Program-made: the position numbers and the translations under genes
Source of the DNA: Kudoa neothunni
Lineage: Eukaryota; Animalia; Cnidaria
DNA length: 64,000 nt
Direction of reading: 5' to 3'
NCBI GenBank assembly: GCA_964304625.1
Contig: OZ199838.1
Coordinates: forward strand, 8,457,794-8,521,793
Notes under the pieces: generated by a model
Databases searched by the model: none
Seen by the model: only the letters and a program-made list of their open reading frames with translations
Told to the model about the DNA's origin: nothing
In this document: positions 14,400-28,594 of the stretch, one piece after another
Layout of the letters: every line of letters begins with the position of its first letter
Numbering within the stretch: the first letter of the stretch is position 1

Positions 14400-15901
14400 C
14401 TGGATACTCTCCCAACATGGTTTAATCAAATCCTCGATTAGAACACGAAGTTGGTAGGTAATCCAAAGATTTCACACCTTTTTTGATTGGGCTAACAATT
14501 GCAAGTTTTTGACGATTTTCTATTATAAATGAATCCGTAACGAGTCGAAAATACAATTTTCCAAACAACAAGCAGCAATATTCCCCAGATGGTTCAGAAA
14601 TGTTTCGCCAGTCTACAATACACAATATTATTTACTCCCAAATAACTGTAATTATTGATATCGCATTACTGTAAAATAATATCACCTAAGTCAACAGCTT
14701 TCGTAAACAATTCGGCAAAAATATAAAAACTAAGTTATATTTTCCAAAAATTTCGCAGAAATTAATGATAATGATGTCTCAGAGCAATAGATTATTATCT
14801 GATAAGGTAGCTCTTTCCCTGTGGAGTATATTTCCAACTTTCCAATGACTAAAATTGATTTAAATTTTAGGTTAAACGTTTTCAACTATTAATTTATTGA
14901 GATTCGTCAAGAATCGTTTCATCATGTGTGCGAGTTTTGTCATTCGTAAGATTTATTTCTCTGGTAAAGTTATTGAGTAGTATTGATCTTAGTAACCACA
15001 AACAAACAGAAACTTACAAGTTGTTGAATTATATGTTTCTAATAAAAAACTTCTAAAATTTTTAAATTATGTTTAGATTTCAAAACAAATATAATCAATA
15101 TATTTATATATATATTGAAGTATTCATGAGTAGTAGAATAAGATTTTTTTAAACTTTCAATTGAATTATTCAATATATTTATACGAGTCCTCTCGTTCCT
15201 AATGTCTGACTGATGAAACAAGCAATTTATTCGTTTATTACAATTTAAATTTAGAATTATCTCATTCTAAACCTGAATAGTTATTTTTAATCTGTTGATT
15301 TTATTATTAAAAAATTTAAAGATTAATTCAATAATACAATTAAATTTATTTTTGCGTTGTTTTAGACCAGTGGTTCTTACCCTTTCTTGCTTGCGGACCC
15401 TAATATGTTCAGTGGGCTTAACACGGACCCCATCACATTTTTAATCGTAATCCAAACATACATATAAATATTTTAACATAAATTATTCATTATACTTCCC
15501 CCATTATATTAAAATATTATTTATTTATTGACAATTTTAAATCATTAAGAAACGAATTATTTAGAGTATAAAACAAAAAAATTAACCAATTTGAAAAACT
15601 TTCGAGTATTTCTTTTCCTACTTATTAAAACTTTAACTGTATATAGACAACGGCGCATAATATTTTTGAACAAAAATTTAGTGAAATTTGTTTAATTATA
15701 GTATATACATGTTTAAAAATTAAAATTAAAATCTATAAAACAAATTTTGAATGAAAAATGTTTTTATAATAATCGAAATATTTTTGGTATATAAAATCTT
15801 TGTTTTCGGAAATCATCATGTTTATTAAAATAGAGTTAAAAATGGTGGATTATTGTTATTTGAATGTGAATTTAATGCAAAACCATATTTTTGACATATA
15901 A

Positions 15902-17506
15902 TCTATATACATAATAAAGTTCTAATGTCTGTCCGTGTGTGTGTGTCAGTTTGCAGTAGTACGCATGTGCCACGGAGAAATTTTCTTTAAATATAGCTGC
16001 AAGTTTGTATTTGAATAGATAAAACCATTAATGAAAATCGATCATTGACTTAGAAGTATAAATATAGTCAATAGCACAGTCTGAAGTAAGGAATTTTCTG
16101 GTTGTCTTCACAAATAGAAGATTAAAAACACCTGAATAATATCGATATTTGTTTACTTCTGATTGATAGCCAATTAATATGAACTTTTACTCACTATATA
16201 GAAAAAGAGTCTCTTAATTATGGTATAGAATGTTCTAAAAAATTTTACATACGCCTGTTCGGAGAACTTTTGAGACAAATAAACCTATTAACGTCACATT
16301 TACAAGAGTTGTCATATTTCCCTTAAAATTTGAAGCATAAACAAGTTATTTGGTATGTATTTTCCCTTTTCGAGCGTTATGGATATAGTTAAGCAAAAAA
16401 GATTATGATCATTTTAAATAAAACACATAATTTGAGTCTCTATATGTATCCTAATTATTCCTTAACCCAGACCTTGAGGTTAATATTCAAATCAATATAT
16501 TTTTTTCTCTAGGCTCGCATTAATTCATTATGATATAAAAGCTGCAGAAAAATACAGTCCCTTCTCAATGCGTGCCATGTAAGTTAATAAGAAATTATTG
16601 ATCTATTTGATCTAACCGATATTTTCACAAAGTTTTCGTTAATCTAAGAATAGTTCAATACAAAGAAAATTTTTTTGGGGCAATCAAACAATACGTTAAT
16701 TTGTAAAGGGTGCATCCCTCAAGAAAACCAGTTGATGTTTAAGCATTACTGCAATTTTTCAAACCAAAAACACCTTTACATTTCTGATTTAATCGTATTT
16801 TGTTAATTAAATGTGTATATTTTTTGAACCAGTAAGTATTCTTAATAAAAAGCAAGGTTGGATTTATTTATAAATAGGGAAATTTTGTTACAATAATGAA
16901 CACGTAAGTCACTGCTCACAGCTTTTCAAATCATCATTGGCATCATTATAAAATTGCGATAAAAGGAGTAACAATTACTATTTATATTTTTGAGGCATCT
17001 TAAGTTGATTTTATTTTTTTTATCGGTCGTAGACTAATAATAAATTTTATAATTAGAAGGATTAATTTTTATCGCAAAATTTTGAAAAAAACTGAAAGTC
17101 CTATTTAAGTCGCTTAATGATTTTGTTTCATAAGTAGCTGAACTTTAATCGCTAATTAAATTTCTCTTAAAATTAAGGTCATCATAGTTTTGGTCAACAA
17201 TTTGTAAAATATAGTTAAAATTACCCATTAATTGTTCTCCATACCTCTATTTATATTTGAATGAAAAGTGTGCGCATAATTTCGTTTATCTAAATCATCA
17301 CATTGCAAAAATAATGACAAGCTTTATAATACATAAATTAAAATAGAAAAATGGAATTAAAAGTTAAAATTTCCCATCACACTGTACCACGCAAAATTGA
17401 GCATTAGCGCTATTTACTTAAAAATCAAAAAGGCTATAGTCTGCGCCAGGTGTTAGCCTACTTGGCTGGGCAAGGAAACCTTAGCGAAGCGGGGCTTTTG
17501 CGCTAG
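15902..17506 (+). mobile_element. Non-autonomous Helitron-like element (copy 2)
   Basis: A|TCTATATAC start, (GT)n tract, GC-rich imperfect hairpin, then CTAG|T with no TSD. About 1.5 kb is colinear with copy 3 at 46105-48961. Confidence 0.85.
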
Positions 17507-17833
17507 TAATAAATATTTAGTGTGATACTTACGTGTATTTTATCAACAGATTCACGTATTTTGACAGAGCGTTTGGAAGAGTAGCACGCATAGAGTCGAT
17601 TTCGTGGTTTTGTTATGGAAACCGGCATAGAAAGCTAATTTCGCAATAATAGCCTGTCTAATTATATAGTCTGCAACATTAAGAAATACATTTGGAAAGT
17701 TTTAGTTTTTATCAAATTACCCATTGAATAACTTTTGTTTTTATAGATTTTTTTACAAAATAACTTGTAACACAAGGAAACTTTGTAATAAATATAAAAT
17801 GTTTATAAGAAACAATAACGCAAGGGTATATAT

Positions 17834-18335
17834 CATGGGTCGGGAACTTTTTTTGATGAGAGAGCCATACAACGTATTTTAAAACTAAAAATAGAAGTAC
17901 CCGTGCGCGTTTTGTATAATCCCAACACTTTAATATAAAACAAGTCACTAAATTCTTTTTAATAACATTTTCACACTATTGCCAATCAATGAAGAATATT
18001 TTTCATCATCAATGCGATTTCGGATTCTGCATGGTTTTGAAGATGGCTTTGTAGTCTGGTCGATACGTGGTAAAATTAGGCTTCATTCCAACGTTGAAGC
18101 TTCCATCTGTTAAACGTGACTGTAATTTGGTCTTAATGTCTTTTAAATGTAGAAGGGCTGCTCACATACACACGTGAAAATTAACATTGTCATTACAGCA
18201 ATAATCATACGCTGCAGTGTATGATACAGTAAGTAACCTACATTCCGCAATAATCGTTTCGCATATGCACAAAGGATTTAGCGAAACAATTTTTTAATTG
18301 CAAATTTGCCTACGAGCCATAGGTTCCCTACCCTG
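17834..18335 (-). mobile_element. Internally deleted hAT (GTF2IRD2/SPIN-like C-terminus)
   Basis: Ends catgggtcgggaac / gttccctaccctg. The minus strand reads ...TCVCEQPFLHLKDIKTKLQSRLTD...KSH*. Confidence 0.65.
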
Positions 18336-19025
18336 GATATACGATATTTTAATAATTATACCAATATTAAAAATCCCTAATAATAACTTATGTATATTGA
18401 TAAAATTGGACTCAAATTTTATAAAAATCACTCACGGACTCCCTTGAATTCATCCAGGGACCCCAGGTTAAGAGCCGCTGTTTTAGACACTTCAGTCCAT
18501 TAGGACATTGTAATGAAGAGTGTTTGGACAATATATCATAAGAAATTTTTTATAATTCAACAAAAATTTAATATATACATTAATTAAGAAACTTTTTAAC
18601 TAAGTAGTATTTAAAATAAAATATACAGTCAATTAATAATAAACTAAGTAAAATTTATGTGGGTCATATACAGGATTAGGAGGTTCAAAAAACGTCGAAG
18701 ATGAAGTTAATGAATAACGGTCATACTTTTGCAACTGATAATGGGTGTTAAACCTTAACCGAAGTCATTTTTTTCTGATTCAAATATTTTGCACCAGATA
18801 TAATTTGTAATGACTCTAAGGGTTCGATGAGATCGAAAAGATTGGGAATGACTGAGCTAATGGCATTAAAATTTATTACATTTATCCCATATAAATGGCG
18901 TTTTACGGTGGGCAGAGTAAGAAACAGTTAAATGCAGAACACAATATTAGATTTGCATAGTAAACTATACAATTGTGATATATATTCTAAGTGACGTTTA
19001 TAGGATAGGTTAGAGAAATTATCAA

Positions 19026-20100
19026 TCATTTTTTGGCCCCATCTTCTGCTTCTTCGTCGTCATTGAATCCAGGCGCCAAATAAAATCTAACAATAACAAT
19101 CAATTTTCAAAAATCAATTCAATTAGCTTTCACTTCAGGAAACTCTTGGGTTCAATATTGTATTCAACACAAATAGGGAGTTCATTTTGTATCAACAATT
19201 TCACATTGTTACTCAAAGCGTGAGCCTAGATTAAGCATTTATACGAATAGTTTTAATTGCCGAGTTACTTTTGCAAACATTTGAAGAAATCTAACAGAGA
19301 ATGTTTGTTTAACAGAACCACTGTGTTCAATCTTGAGATTATCACTGGGCTTTTCTTCGTCGTATATCAAACTAATACCACCGCAAAGAGCACTGTCTTT
19401 AGCGATAAAGTTTACACAATCTTTTGAAGTGGATATGATCACTATTACCGAGATAAAATCAACACAGCATAAAAAAATAAGTATGGAATACTTGACTCGC
19501 TGAACTGGCTAACATCTTTGACAATATCAGCAAATTTTGGGGATGGCATGGTGATTACAGTCTCACTTTGGAGCGCCTAAAACAAATATAAATTAATTAC
19601 CAACAACAAACATTTAATAATACAGGAATTGTAAGTGTTTCCATCTCGATATTCATCAATTTGGATGAAAATTTGGACACTTTGTCGCCCTCTATTGAAT
19701 TAAGTTGGATGTGAGTATTCAAAATCCATAAATTTACCTTTAGAGACAAACACGAATGTGAGATTTTCACCGTCATCCTGACAACTCAACGAAATAGAAT
19801 CTGTGGCAGTTGCGCATCGTAATATTTTGTGTACACTATATTTATCAAATAATGACAACCACCCACTCAAAATTGTTACTCAGCAATATTAACACCAATA
19901 ACTAGATTTCTATCACAACGATAATCCGAAAACAGCTCAGAAGACAGCATAAGCGAAATTAAACTGACGTGACTAGTATCCATAGCTTGAACGCAGATAC
20001 CCGTGGAAGTACATTCAAAATTGGCTTCGTTAACCACCTCTTTGACAGATTCGATGATTTTTTTCAACACATTTCCATCAGCTATCTTCGCCTCAAACAT
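19026..20100 (-). CDS. PCNA: Proliferating cell nuclear antigen (7 exons)
   Basis: MFEAKI...QAMDTSHVSLISL...YRCDRNL. Six GT-AG introns of ~43-52 nt splice into a continuous frame ending KFYLAPGFNDDEEAEDGAKK*. Confidence 0.97.
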
Positions 20101-21455
20101 TCTTCTGCGCTAACGTCAATTTAAGATTAGCGGAAATCACCTGTGGTCACGAACAATAATTCAGTAATTGCTTCGGATTGAAAACATTCCTGTCAGGGAT
20201 TATGATATTTCAGCATTTTTATTTTTGAGAAAAAATATTTTAATTTATTATTATAATCTACGTTACAATTTATTCCCTAATATAATAAGGATATCGCGAG
20301 AGATGTTCGTTATAGCTAATGCGTAAATTGATTAGGTTGCCATGTATATACGATAAATAATCCTTTAAAATATTAGTTATTCAATTATTTATTCCGATAT
20401 TGAATATATGATGGTTTTAAAATATTTAAAATAAAATAATAAGATCGCACTGTAACACACGATGGTAGTTCTGCGGTGGGCAGGGAATCACGTGTTGTTA
20501 CGTAAATCCGAACATGTGAAATATTCTCCCCAGCGCTTAAATTAATACAGATTTTGTTTCAGTGATCATTTATTAATGGCTCGATGTGTAAGTATCAAAT
20601 TAACGAACGAATATTAAAGTCAGTGCGCATTCCAAATATATGTAGATGATATGATAAACGAAAACTAGTTGAATTATTAATATGAGGCTAGAAATATTGG
20701 GAGAAAGAAAATTTTTTCTTGATAAGACCACGTGTTGCAGTTTAATTCGGACACTGTCAAATTCAAATCCGCAAATGACTAAAGAGTAGAGAAAAAGCAT
20801 TTAACCTAATGTGGAAAATATAAATGGGAAGGAATGTAACAAAGATTCCTGATTTTGGTCTATTTAATATTATAGATCACGAAGCCTTTGGACATCAACC
20901 AACCACCACATTATATTTCAAAGTTTTTAAGGGATCTCATTGATACGTTAAAGTATAACAACTTTATTATTACAATGCAGGGGTTGACAACGTCCGACAC
21001 GCGAGAAATTCAGTATTAAAGTTAATTTTTTTTATTAGACAGTACTTGTATAATTTTCTCGGTTTTTATAATCGATCTTTACATTAGAGGTTAGGATCGG
21101 TTCGGTTTTTGACAAAATCTAAAACTAAAACCGATTTAAAAAATTTATTTTATAGTTAGTATAAATTAATTTCTATTATTAACTTATAGTCTTTTAAACA
21201 AATGAACATGTTTTTAAAATAAGAAAAGGGACCAACATTTTTTTTGAGTGACATGTGTTTTAACAATTAACAAGCTTTTTTATTCAATATTACAGTGATG
21301 AAATTTGCTATTTGGAGCTATCTTGTTAAGACTTGATAATGGAAAAGCAAAATTCAGCAAGTATGACTGCGTACTCATCAATACAATTGAGGATCTCTCG
21401 TTTATTGACGGAATCGTTTCAAAAAATTTAAAAATTAAATTTATCGAAAGTTGCT

Positions 21456-23975
21456 GGTAATGGTATACTTACCGGCTACTAACATTCGTTCTGATGCCGT
21501 GCTTATTTTTAATTATTTTTTTCACATTTAGTAATATCATTATTAGAAAAGTTGGATCATACAAAGATTATTTACAAATTTCCATTTCTAGCGTTTGACA
21601 ATTCTTTACACTTAATCCTCACATTGCTCATATAATCCACCACATGATCTCTTTCTTATTATTGTTTTCCTCATATTTAATGATTTCTGATGGATTATTA
21701 GCAGATATTACTTTATACAATATTATTATTATTATTTATTTATTGAAGGCCACGGAATCATTTATAAATAGCAAACAACAGTAATTAGAGTTGGCATTAA
21801 TTAAATAAGGAAAAAGGGTGCAGTGGAGATTATATAAACTTTTTTTATCAAATTTAGGGATGGAATAACGTTGTTACAGCCATTTTAGTTTATATATTTT
21901 GTTCATATGATTTTCTATAAGAAATTTAGCATGTATTTTATTTTTATTTTTTGGAAGTTAACGATAACTTTTGTCTATCATTATTTTTCATTCTTTTTGG
22001 TTAATTGATATTTATCTTTTATTTCAAAATGAGAGATTAATGTATACTACAAATCGGAATTATTCTTGGATAAATATGACATTTATATGGAAAAAGTGTA
22101 GAGAATATCGATCTAATTATATTTTTGTGATAAGTTCTAAATATACTTTAATCCATTTTTATAGCCCCGTCGATTTTCAGTAATTTACGAAATGCGTGTT
22201 TATAATGACACCAACATTATGTACTATGGATTAAAGATTTCAAGCTTGATTTTTGGTTTGACCTTTTTCATATCATTTATTTATTATAATATAGTCCATC
22301 GTTATAATTATATTTTATGGGCTTGTTTTGGGACACAAACACGAAATATATTAAACTCTAACTGCTGTCATATATATGACCTTTATTTCTTTTATTTTTC
22401 TAGCATATTCATAATTTCTGGAATATATGAACTGGGAATTATTTTAATCAACATATTATCATAAAAGTAATTTCTTGTTCGAGCACCAATAAAAAAATAG
22501 AATTTTATTCCGTCGGATAATATTTATTAATAATATTTAAATAGTTATTTAATAATTGGAATTTCGTTCCCATAACGGAACGAAACCATTCTTCCTTGAG
22601 GTAACCTTCGAGATTTGATTTGCTCGCTCCTCTTCTTATTTTGGGGAGCTTAAGCTTTAAACGACCCCAACATGACTCCACAGTATTAGATTGAATCCCG
22701 CCTATATAGTATGCCACTGAGTGATGGATTTTCAAATGGTTATATCCCAGTTCTGTCAATTTATTGTACATGGACCAGTCATCATTATATATCATGGAAC
22801 CTTTTAAAATACCCACTTCAATTATATGGATTAAGGTCTCTTGATTTCTTCTTTTACCTCGAAGTATCTTACTTCTTTAAGCGTCCTTTTTCCGTTATCA
22901 CCAATTGAGCATAGGCAAAGTCTGAAAATCCAAGGGCCGTCTACTCTGTTACCATATCTTTCTGAATGTGTACAAAGAGCTATTTTATATTATAGCGATT
23001 GCATATACAAATATCAGATACGCATATGATCATCAGATAATTTATCACATTCTGGATAATATTTTCTGCCACTCATATCTGCCTAAAAATCCTAGTAATA
23101 AACTATAACTCAGCTTTTTTATTACATTCTGTGAATTTCTAGAGACTAAAAATTCCTTAGTAGAGGAATGATTCCAAGAATCAGCTTTTAGATATCCCCC
23201 TCTGTTGTTTTTTCTCTTACCATGTAAGAGGCTTTCATCTGTTTCGATGACATAGCCATCGCCAACAAATTTTTCTCTTTGCGTGAAATAGTTGGTGCAT
23301 ACTGCCCTAAATTTTATAAACCAGTTTATGATGGTCAATTTTAATATTGTTTTCAACCGATAATTTATTCCGGAAAAAACGTGCCCCTGGTGGGACAAGA
23401 TTTGGTTTTGCATCTATCCATCACTATTAAAATATGTGTATACTCGTATATATTACCGTTTACATAGATATATAGTAATATTTTCCTCATTATTTATGGG
23501 AATGCTTAATTCACTAGGTTCGTTTTGTGTTTTTGCAGACTTCATTTCTTATATATACATTGGATCGTAACCTCTGCAATTGACACACCTATTTGGAATT
23601 CTGCGGATGATTTTTTTTGATATTAAGAAATTAATTATAAGAGCGCTATTATTTATGCGCAAAAAAACTCATCGTCAGTTCTTATATCAACCATCATCGC
23701 TATTTCGTTCAGGTAAATATTGCGAATAGGATAAAATAATTCACAAATGAGCATAAAAGAAGTTCCTCTACCCACAATGGGAGGATCACGCGATGTGAAT
23801 TTGATCAAATTTAGGATTAAGTGTAAAGAATTGTCAAACGCTAGAAATGGAAATTTGTAAATAATTTTTGTATGCTCCAACTTTTCTAATAATGATATTA
23901 CTAATTGTGAAAAAATAATTAAAAATAAGCACAGCATCAGAACGAATGTTAGTAGCCGGTAAGTATACCATTACC
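21456..23975 (-). mobile_element. Merlin/IS1595-like transposon with ~163-bp TIRs, decayed
   Basis: TIRs at 21456-21619 and 23813-23975 (ggtaatggtatacttaccggc...). Transposase motifs VIETDES..GKRKNNRG, YGNRVDGPWIF, IYNDDWSMY, QSNTVESCWGRLK. TSD not recognisable. Confidence 0.88.
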
Positions 23976-24276
23976 GATTTGTGCGTACACTCATACGGAC
24001 ATTACTACTTTGTATATATAGATTGAGTCTTAACAATTTAATCAATATTAAATTGTTGGAATATGACATATTTCAATTAATGAGGAATTCTAAATATCGT
24101 TATGGAGAATTCTGGGAAAATACTCCTCATTGTTACTTTATTATTCTTACCATAATTATTAGTATAGCTCACAATATCAAAATAGGTAAGAAACTATAAA
24201 AAATTAATAATAGTCCATTTTTTAGAAGCTAGAATGTATCATTCTAATATGGCACGGCGGCGCTTTAAGGTCGCGC

Positions 24277-27200
24277 CAGGGTTGCCAGAAGATTAGCGAA
24301 AAAAGTACCAACAAGTTTTGAAAAACGTACCAACAGTTAATCCACATAAAAAAGAGATTAAGGAGATAAAACGTGGTTATTTCAAATGTTTTTTAATTTA
24401 TCTAAAATGAAATTGTTTCATTACAGTTATCTTCATAAAGGTTTGTCTCTATGAACGCTATTACTGAATTTTCAGGCAGGTTCTATTTTGTACAATCTGT
24501 ATTATAAAATAAAGTTTTCGAATAAACCAAGCTGTTTAATGTTTCGGTCTTCAATAATGATCTATTTTTAATTTTGATTATGTTCAATTAGGAAAATATT
24601 CTTTCGGCAAAAGCAGAAGAATAAAGTAATGAGTGCAAGCTCATCATTAGTTTTGAAATTAATGGATATTTAGGAACATTGCCAATTATTTTTTCTGATA
24701 CGTCGTACAAAAATTTTTCGGGATCTTCGAACGAAACGAGATTTGAGTCTTCGAGAGTTAATTGTCTCCATTCAATATCCAAATTGGTGTACTCTTCATC
24801 CGATATAAGATTGGGGAATCTTGCTGCAGGGGGTATGATAGACTCTAGCTTACCTTCATTTACGTTACTTGGATCCATTTCCTCGAATAATCCAAGTCAT
24901 TTCAATGAATTATTGTATAGAAAGTGATCAAATATTTCATTTGTTAAAGGAATATTAAAATTAAATGTATTTATTTTATAATGGAAGAATTCATTGTATA
25001 TATGCAAGTCATTTTGGATCCGCGACAAACACTATCTAATGGAAGATAATTTGAAGGGTTATTAATATTCCAAATATCCACATTTTTAATGATTTCTCTT
25101 TTCATAAATAATCGGGTAATGATTTTTACTGTGAAACTGATTGAATTGTTTAGTTTGTGTATTCGAAAGTTTTCTGATTGGAATTCAAGATTAGATTTGT
25201 TCATTACTTGAAGTATAAAGTTTAAGAATTCAAAATAATCATGATTGATTGGTTTATTGACTTTATGATTTATTAATTTTTCTGATTCAAAACCATTTTT
25301 TGATACTGCAGTAGCGAAAAACATTTTAAGTGCATTCCATTGATCGGGTATTCTAGAGGCGACTTGTTCGAGTTACAACCATCTTGTGCTACAAGGTCGT
25401 AATATCTTTCTAGGACAAATATCCATTATCTTTTGAAATTCCTTGTATTCACTCAAATGTTTTGAGCTATTCGAAACGTGTGTAAATACTTCTAAATCTT
25501 CCAACCCGTTCGGAAGTTGATGACAAGCTTTAGACGCAAATAAATTTACTGAATGACAACTGCAACCTTTCACGTAAAGCGAAGGAATTATTTGTTTCAG
25601 TAAATTTTGGACACCACTTTTGTTACCCATCATAACATTTGTATTGTCACTGGCAAATCCGATAAGATTGTGAATGGAGATATTCTTAGTCTGAAAAAAA
25701 TTTATCAATGATTCAAAAATTCTTTTGTCAGTACAATTCGTTATCTCTAATACGACCAAGTATTTGTCCATTGTCTTTTTAACATCGACATCATAATATC
25801 GAGCTACTAAAACTAGTTGTTTAATTGTGGATGTATCTGTGGTTTCATCTATTATTAATGAAAATTTTGTTGTTTGTAATTTTGACATTAAGGTTTTTAA
25901 GTAATATTTACCAATAACATGATGAAAAACACATTTCCCTTTCGTTCGAGCACATTTAATATCTTTGCAAATAGCAGAATCTTCGCAAACATTGGCAATT
26001 AAACCAAGCAAATGATCCAAGGATGACAACGGCAAATTGTGTTCCGCAACAAAAGCACATAATTCCAATTCTGCTTTATCTATTTTTAGAGCATATACAG
26101 CAGAACTGTTTAATTCTATATAACTATCCATTTTCATATATTTGTGGACTGTCTCATATTTCTTAAATGCTTTTCGGTTGCTGCATGTCTTTCGATTTGT
26201 GAAGTACTCACTGAAACTTCACATTTCCACCCACACTTTACAAAACACTTTTTCCTTGTTCTCCTTGCTCATATCAATCCATTGGATAAATCTTCGCTCT
26301 TCCAACCATTCTGTTCCTACCTTGCGTTCATAATCTTTATATATTTTCTGTTTTGATGGTTTACTTATATCGCTTTCTCAGTCGCTATCGTTTAGATTAA
26401 AGGTCATCAAGAATTACTGACCCAAAATATACTACATTATGCATAACAATAAAAGTTACAGAAATTAATTCAACTTGTTGAATACAACAACTATGTAGCA
26501 AATTATTAAGACGCGCGCTATTAAGAATGAATTTGTAAGTTAAAATAGGTGTTTGTGAATGAAATTTTATCCTTATCGCATTTCGGATATTGTTTTCCTC
26601 TTCAACTTCGTTTCCACATCATTTAAATATTTCCAGGTATCAACCATAGCTTTAATTAAAAAAAATATAATTTATTAACAGTTCCCCTGGTTAGAAATGT
26701 ATAAACTTAACATTTTAAGGAATTTTGTTGCTACAATTAAATTTGACAACTCGTTCGAGCTAGATTTTGTTTCGTTAAAACATACATTTTAAAACCCTAA
26801 AGTATAAAACTTATAGGTAGAAAAATTAATTTCGTGAAGTAAACGAGCTAGCTAACTGACCACGTATATTGTTCGATATACATTGGGATTACATGGAACT
26901 AATTTGACCATGAAATCAAAGAACGTTCCATTTAAAACAATAAATAGATAACATTCTCGTAGTCAGAAACTCATTTAACATATAAATGAGGAAAAAAAAT
27001 AAGCTTAGGTTTATAGAATTTTGTTAAATGATAACATTTTGGAATTTAATTGTTTGTTTTGTTTTCTTTATGAGACAATATTAAAGGGTTAGATTGGGTA
27101 TTTATAATAACATCGAATTCAACAGTAAGACATATTTTGCATATTTTCGTATAATATTATACCTATACGCTGAAATAAAAATAAATAGACGTAAAAGGTA

Positions 27201-27346
27201 TAAATTTTTAAATAAGACACTAATGTTACTTTGCATTCATTACTTATACCTAACCGGAAACCGAGTATCATCGACTGGATTAAAAAATTTGTCTTGACGG
27301 GAAAAAGTACCACTTTGGTACGAACGTACCAATTCTAGCAACGCCG
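24277..27346 (-). mobile_element. hAT transposon (ZNF862-like transposase), decayed
   Basis: Ends cagggttgccagaa / ttctagcaacgccg with subterminal aaaaagtacca repeats at both ends. Motifs FSLIIDETTD, FASDNTNVMMG, CSCHS, STRWL, AERIFS. Confidence 0.9.
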
Positions 27347-27544
27347 GGCTGCACATATCGGTATCATGCGTGCGCCGACTACGTTGGATTTAGAACTACC
27401 GTGCCCCAAACTAATGTTTTCACATTGTATTCACTAGTATAACTTATATGTAGTAGAATTTTTTTAATATAAAATAAACATTGGATAATGGAAAATCAAG
27501 CATGTAACCAAGCTACAATTTTCTCCATCCGCATATGTGCATTA

Positions 27545-27628
27545 GCCTAACTTCGTTTAACCGAAATTTCAGTATCCGAAACGAAAATGCTAGGTCCCCA
27601 ACTTTTTCGGATAAACGGAGTTCGACTG
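27545..27628 (-). mobile_element. Isolated pogo/Tc1-type terminal fragment
   Basis: ...tttttcggataaacggagttcgactg|ta, similar to the termini at 339 and 53030. Confidence 0.55.
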
Positions 27629-27722
27629 TACTAGAAAACGCGAAGTACAGTGCAGCAGGGCTCGTACGTAATAAATCGGGGAATGATGTCTCGTTACGTA
27701 GAATCGCCGCTTTACCTACGAA

Positions 27723-28240
27723 CAGGGCGTCCACTGCTTGGTTTTTTCCCCAAGACCTTGGGTTTTTATTGAAAACCTCTAAACATTGAGTAATGACACA
27801 AATTTTATTATGTGTGACATTAATATTTATATTTTTAATAACGTATCCTACTCAGATTATATCGTGCAGTGTTTAAACATTTACGATATTGAACGACAGT
27901 ACAATATATTGTTTATCGGGGCACGATTGCACAATTGTTCAATTAACATTGTCGCACATTATTGGAAAATTTAACGTTATTTCAAAATATATCTTGAACT
28001 ATGAATTAATTAATTCATTGTGAGCATATTGATCTATACTAGACATTAAGTTTGAATGAATGTTCGCAACAATAAATTGCAATAATACGACGATAAATTT
28101 AAACTTAATATCTGTAGACGTATTTTAAGACTCGGAAGATGATTAAAACCTTTAATAGATATGATTCTATTTTTTGTTGTACTTTAGACTAGCGTTTCTC
28201 TCGACCTTGGGTTTTTTCTAAAATCCCGCTGGCAACCCTA
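27723..28240. mobile_element. hAT-type MITE
   Basis: Perfect 8-bp TSD cctacgaa (27715-22, 28241-48). Degenerate TIRs cagggcgtcca / tggcaacccta; gaccttgggtttt occurs near both ends. Confidence 0.8.
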
Positions 28241-28594
28241 CCTACGAACCTGTCCGCGCATGCGGAATATTTGAGATATTCTTACTCAGGTTTATTCATA
28301 TTGTAAGAATATTTAAACAGCTTAGCCATATCTTATAAATTTTATTTGTATTATTAATACGGTAAATAATGAAATTTTATAAATAGAAATATGATAGGCC
28401 CCTATTCTATTACTCTTTCATTTAGAACAATATTTAAAGGATTAATTTAAACAATGAGAAATAATTACGACCTATAACCATGGAAACTAAGAATTCAAAT
28501 TCTTAACTAAACTTACTCAATTACAGAAATAACAAAGATTGTTTCCATTGTTTCTCTGTTTTTTGGTTCTAAAAAAATCTTATATACAAAAATT

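Larger units (their letters stand above)
15368..18480. mobile_element. Non-autonomous hAT (Charlie/Buster-like) element hosting a Helitron and a hAT fragment
   Basis: TIRs cagtggttcttac / gttaagagccgctg with a perfect 8-bp TSD ttttagac (15360-67 and 18481-88). Confidence 0.85.

Noticed and set aside
24251-27405. Tiny ggcacgg...ccgtgcc TIR element around the hAT
   Set aside because: Only ~7 bp match perfectly and no TSD is visible.
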